A DNA stretch of 64,000 nt from Eledone cirrhosa. Lineage: Eukaryota. Each line of letters starts with the position of its first letter. Within the stretch, counting starts at the first letter, position 1. The stretch covers positions 249,736,001 through 249,800,000 of the forward strand of contig OZ024742.1 of assembly GCA_964016885.1 (NCBI GenBank), given 5' to 3'. The notes beneath the pieces were generated by a model that was given only the letters and a program-made list of their open reading frames with translations, made no database searches and was not told where the DNA came from. Shown here piece by piece: positions 62,750 through 64,000 of this stretch. The translations under genes and the position numbers were made by a program.

Positions 62750-62849
62750 TATGGTGAACTAACTGTTGTGTAACCACTTCTACCTAACTCGTCCCTTGGA
62801 CTGAGTGCTCTACCACTACGGATATTACCTTCCAGTGTTCCACCACTAT

Positions 62850-62935
<86 letters not shown>

Positions 62936-62961
62936 ATATATATATATATTATATATATATA

Positions 62962-62993
<32 letters not shown>

Positions 62994-63013
62994 GCATATA
63001 CATATATAGATAC

Positions 63014-63131
<118 letters not shown>

Positions 63132-64000
63132 GTATGTATACGTACATACATATATGTATACAGACGTACAGTAGTATGTATATACATACATACATGCACA
63201 CATATATATATGTACGTATGGGTTTACCGAACATTTATAATAATGATCGGTTTGTTTGTAAACAAACAGCCCGAATTATTACCCGTACAGTGTTCAGCAA
63301 CCATCGTTGCCCTTTTGTTCAAATATCACATCAAACCGTTTATGTATTATGTACATGTAACTCCTTAAGAAAGGCTGTGGATTGACATAATTGTTAGAGG
63401 CGTGGGATTGTAAATGGCTTGTTATTTGTTCCGGCATCCTGCTCTCTAACTTCAAATCTCACGTAGGTTAACTTCACCTATCATCCTATCGAGATCGTTA
63501 ACTTGGGAAACCAGTCCAGTACAGCGGTTGATAGTTACATTTTATCAATTTCTCAAGCTCTCTCCCCTCTCCTGGAAGAAATTCGCTGTGTTTCGATCTA
63601 GAAAAGGATGGGCTCCGAAAGATTTAAAATGCATAAACATGTCGCATATCGTGACGGTGCGCCGATGAATCTAACAGGAGTTAAGGGCCATTATGCTTAT
63701 ATTTCAAGCATTTACCTACTTAACACAGAAACCTCTTCAACATAAGCGTACCATAATATTCGAGAATAAAGCTCTATCGACTATATTTCCATAGATTTTA
63801 TTCCATGAATTTATTCGAAATATTGATGTTTTTTTAAGAGGACTTCTCAGTTTTGTTCTTCCTTCTCTAAAATATTCGTTGTGTCTATTCTTAATTTTGT
63901 ATCATTGTCTTCATCGTTGTTGATGTTGTTGTTGACGCTGCTACAGTTGATGTTGTTTTCATTGCCGCTGGAGTTGTTGCTGTCATTGTGATTGCTGTTA

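Larger units (their letters stand above)
61860..62845 (-). mobile_element. Penelope-like element: GIY-YIG fragment between inverted terminal repeats
   Basis: ORF 62115..62444 (Y)VGMAEGRFKERFLNH..CRLCIDE..LNTRSEFFTRCPH; 61863-62136 is the inverse of about 62507-62777. Confidence 0.9.

Overview
AT-rich, microsatellite-dense animal genomic DNA; the repeat content resembles an octopod cephalopod, which is an inference. No convincing host protein-coding gene is present, and most ORF-track entries are translations of (TA)n, (CA)n, (TACA)n or (GATA)n. The window is a mosaic of retroelements. It holds four Tx1/L1-clade LINEs (one near-intact at 10.6-16.6 kb, three in a head-to-tail cluster at 49.4-60.2 kb), R4/Dong-like and CRE-like restriction-endonuclease LINE fragments, RTE fragments, three Penelope-like (GIY-YIG) fragments, tRNA-derived SINEs and a mariner derivative. 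The main signal outside the ORFs is non-coding. About 15 complete type I hammerhead ribozyme motifs from at least 9 unrelated sequence families occur, nearly all in small ORF-less or Penelope-terminal elements inserted in (TA)n as tandem or fold-back repeats. Two families have a compensatory U3:A8 core. One further family (3 copies) carries all three hammerhead core strands in an order that is not a circular permutation, so it is neither type I, II nor III. Both full-length Tx1 elements also have a splice donor overlapping the ORF1 stop codon that would fuse ORF1 to ORF2 in frame. All RNA folds were paired by eye and are untested.
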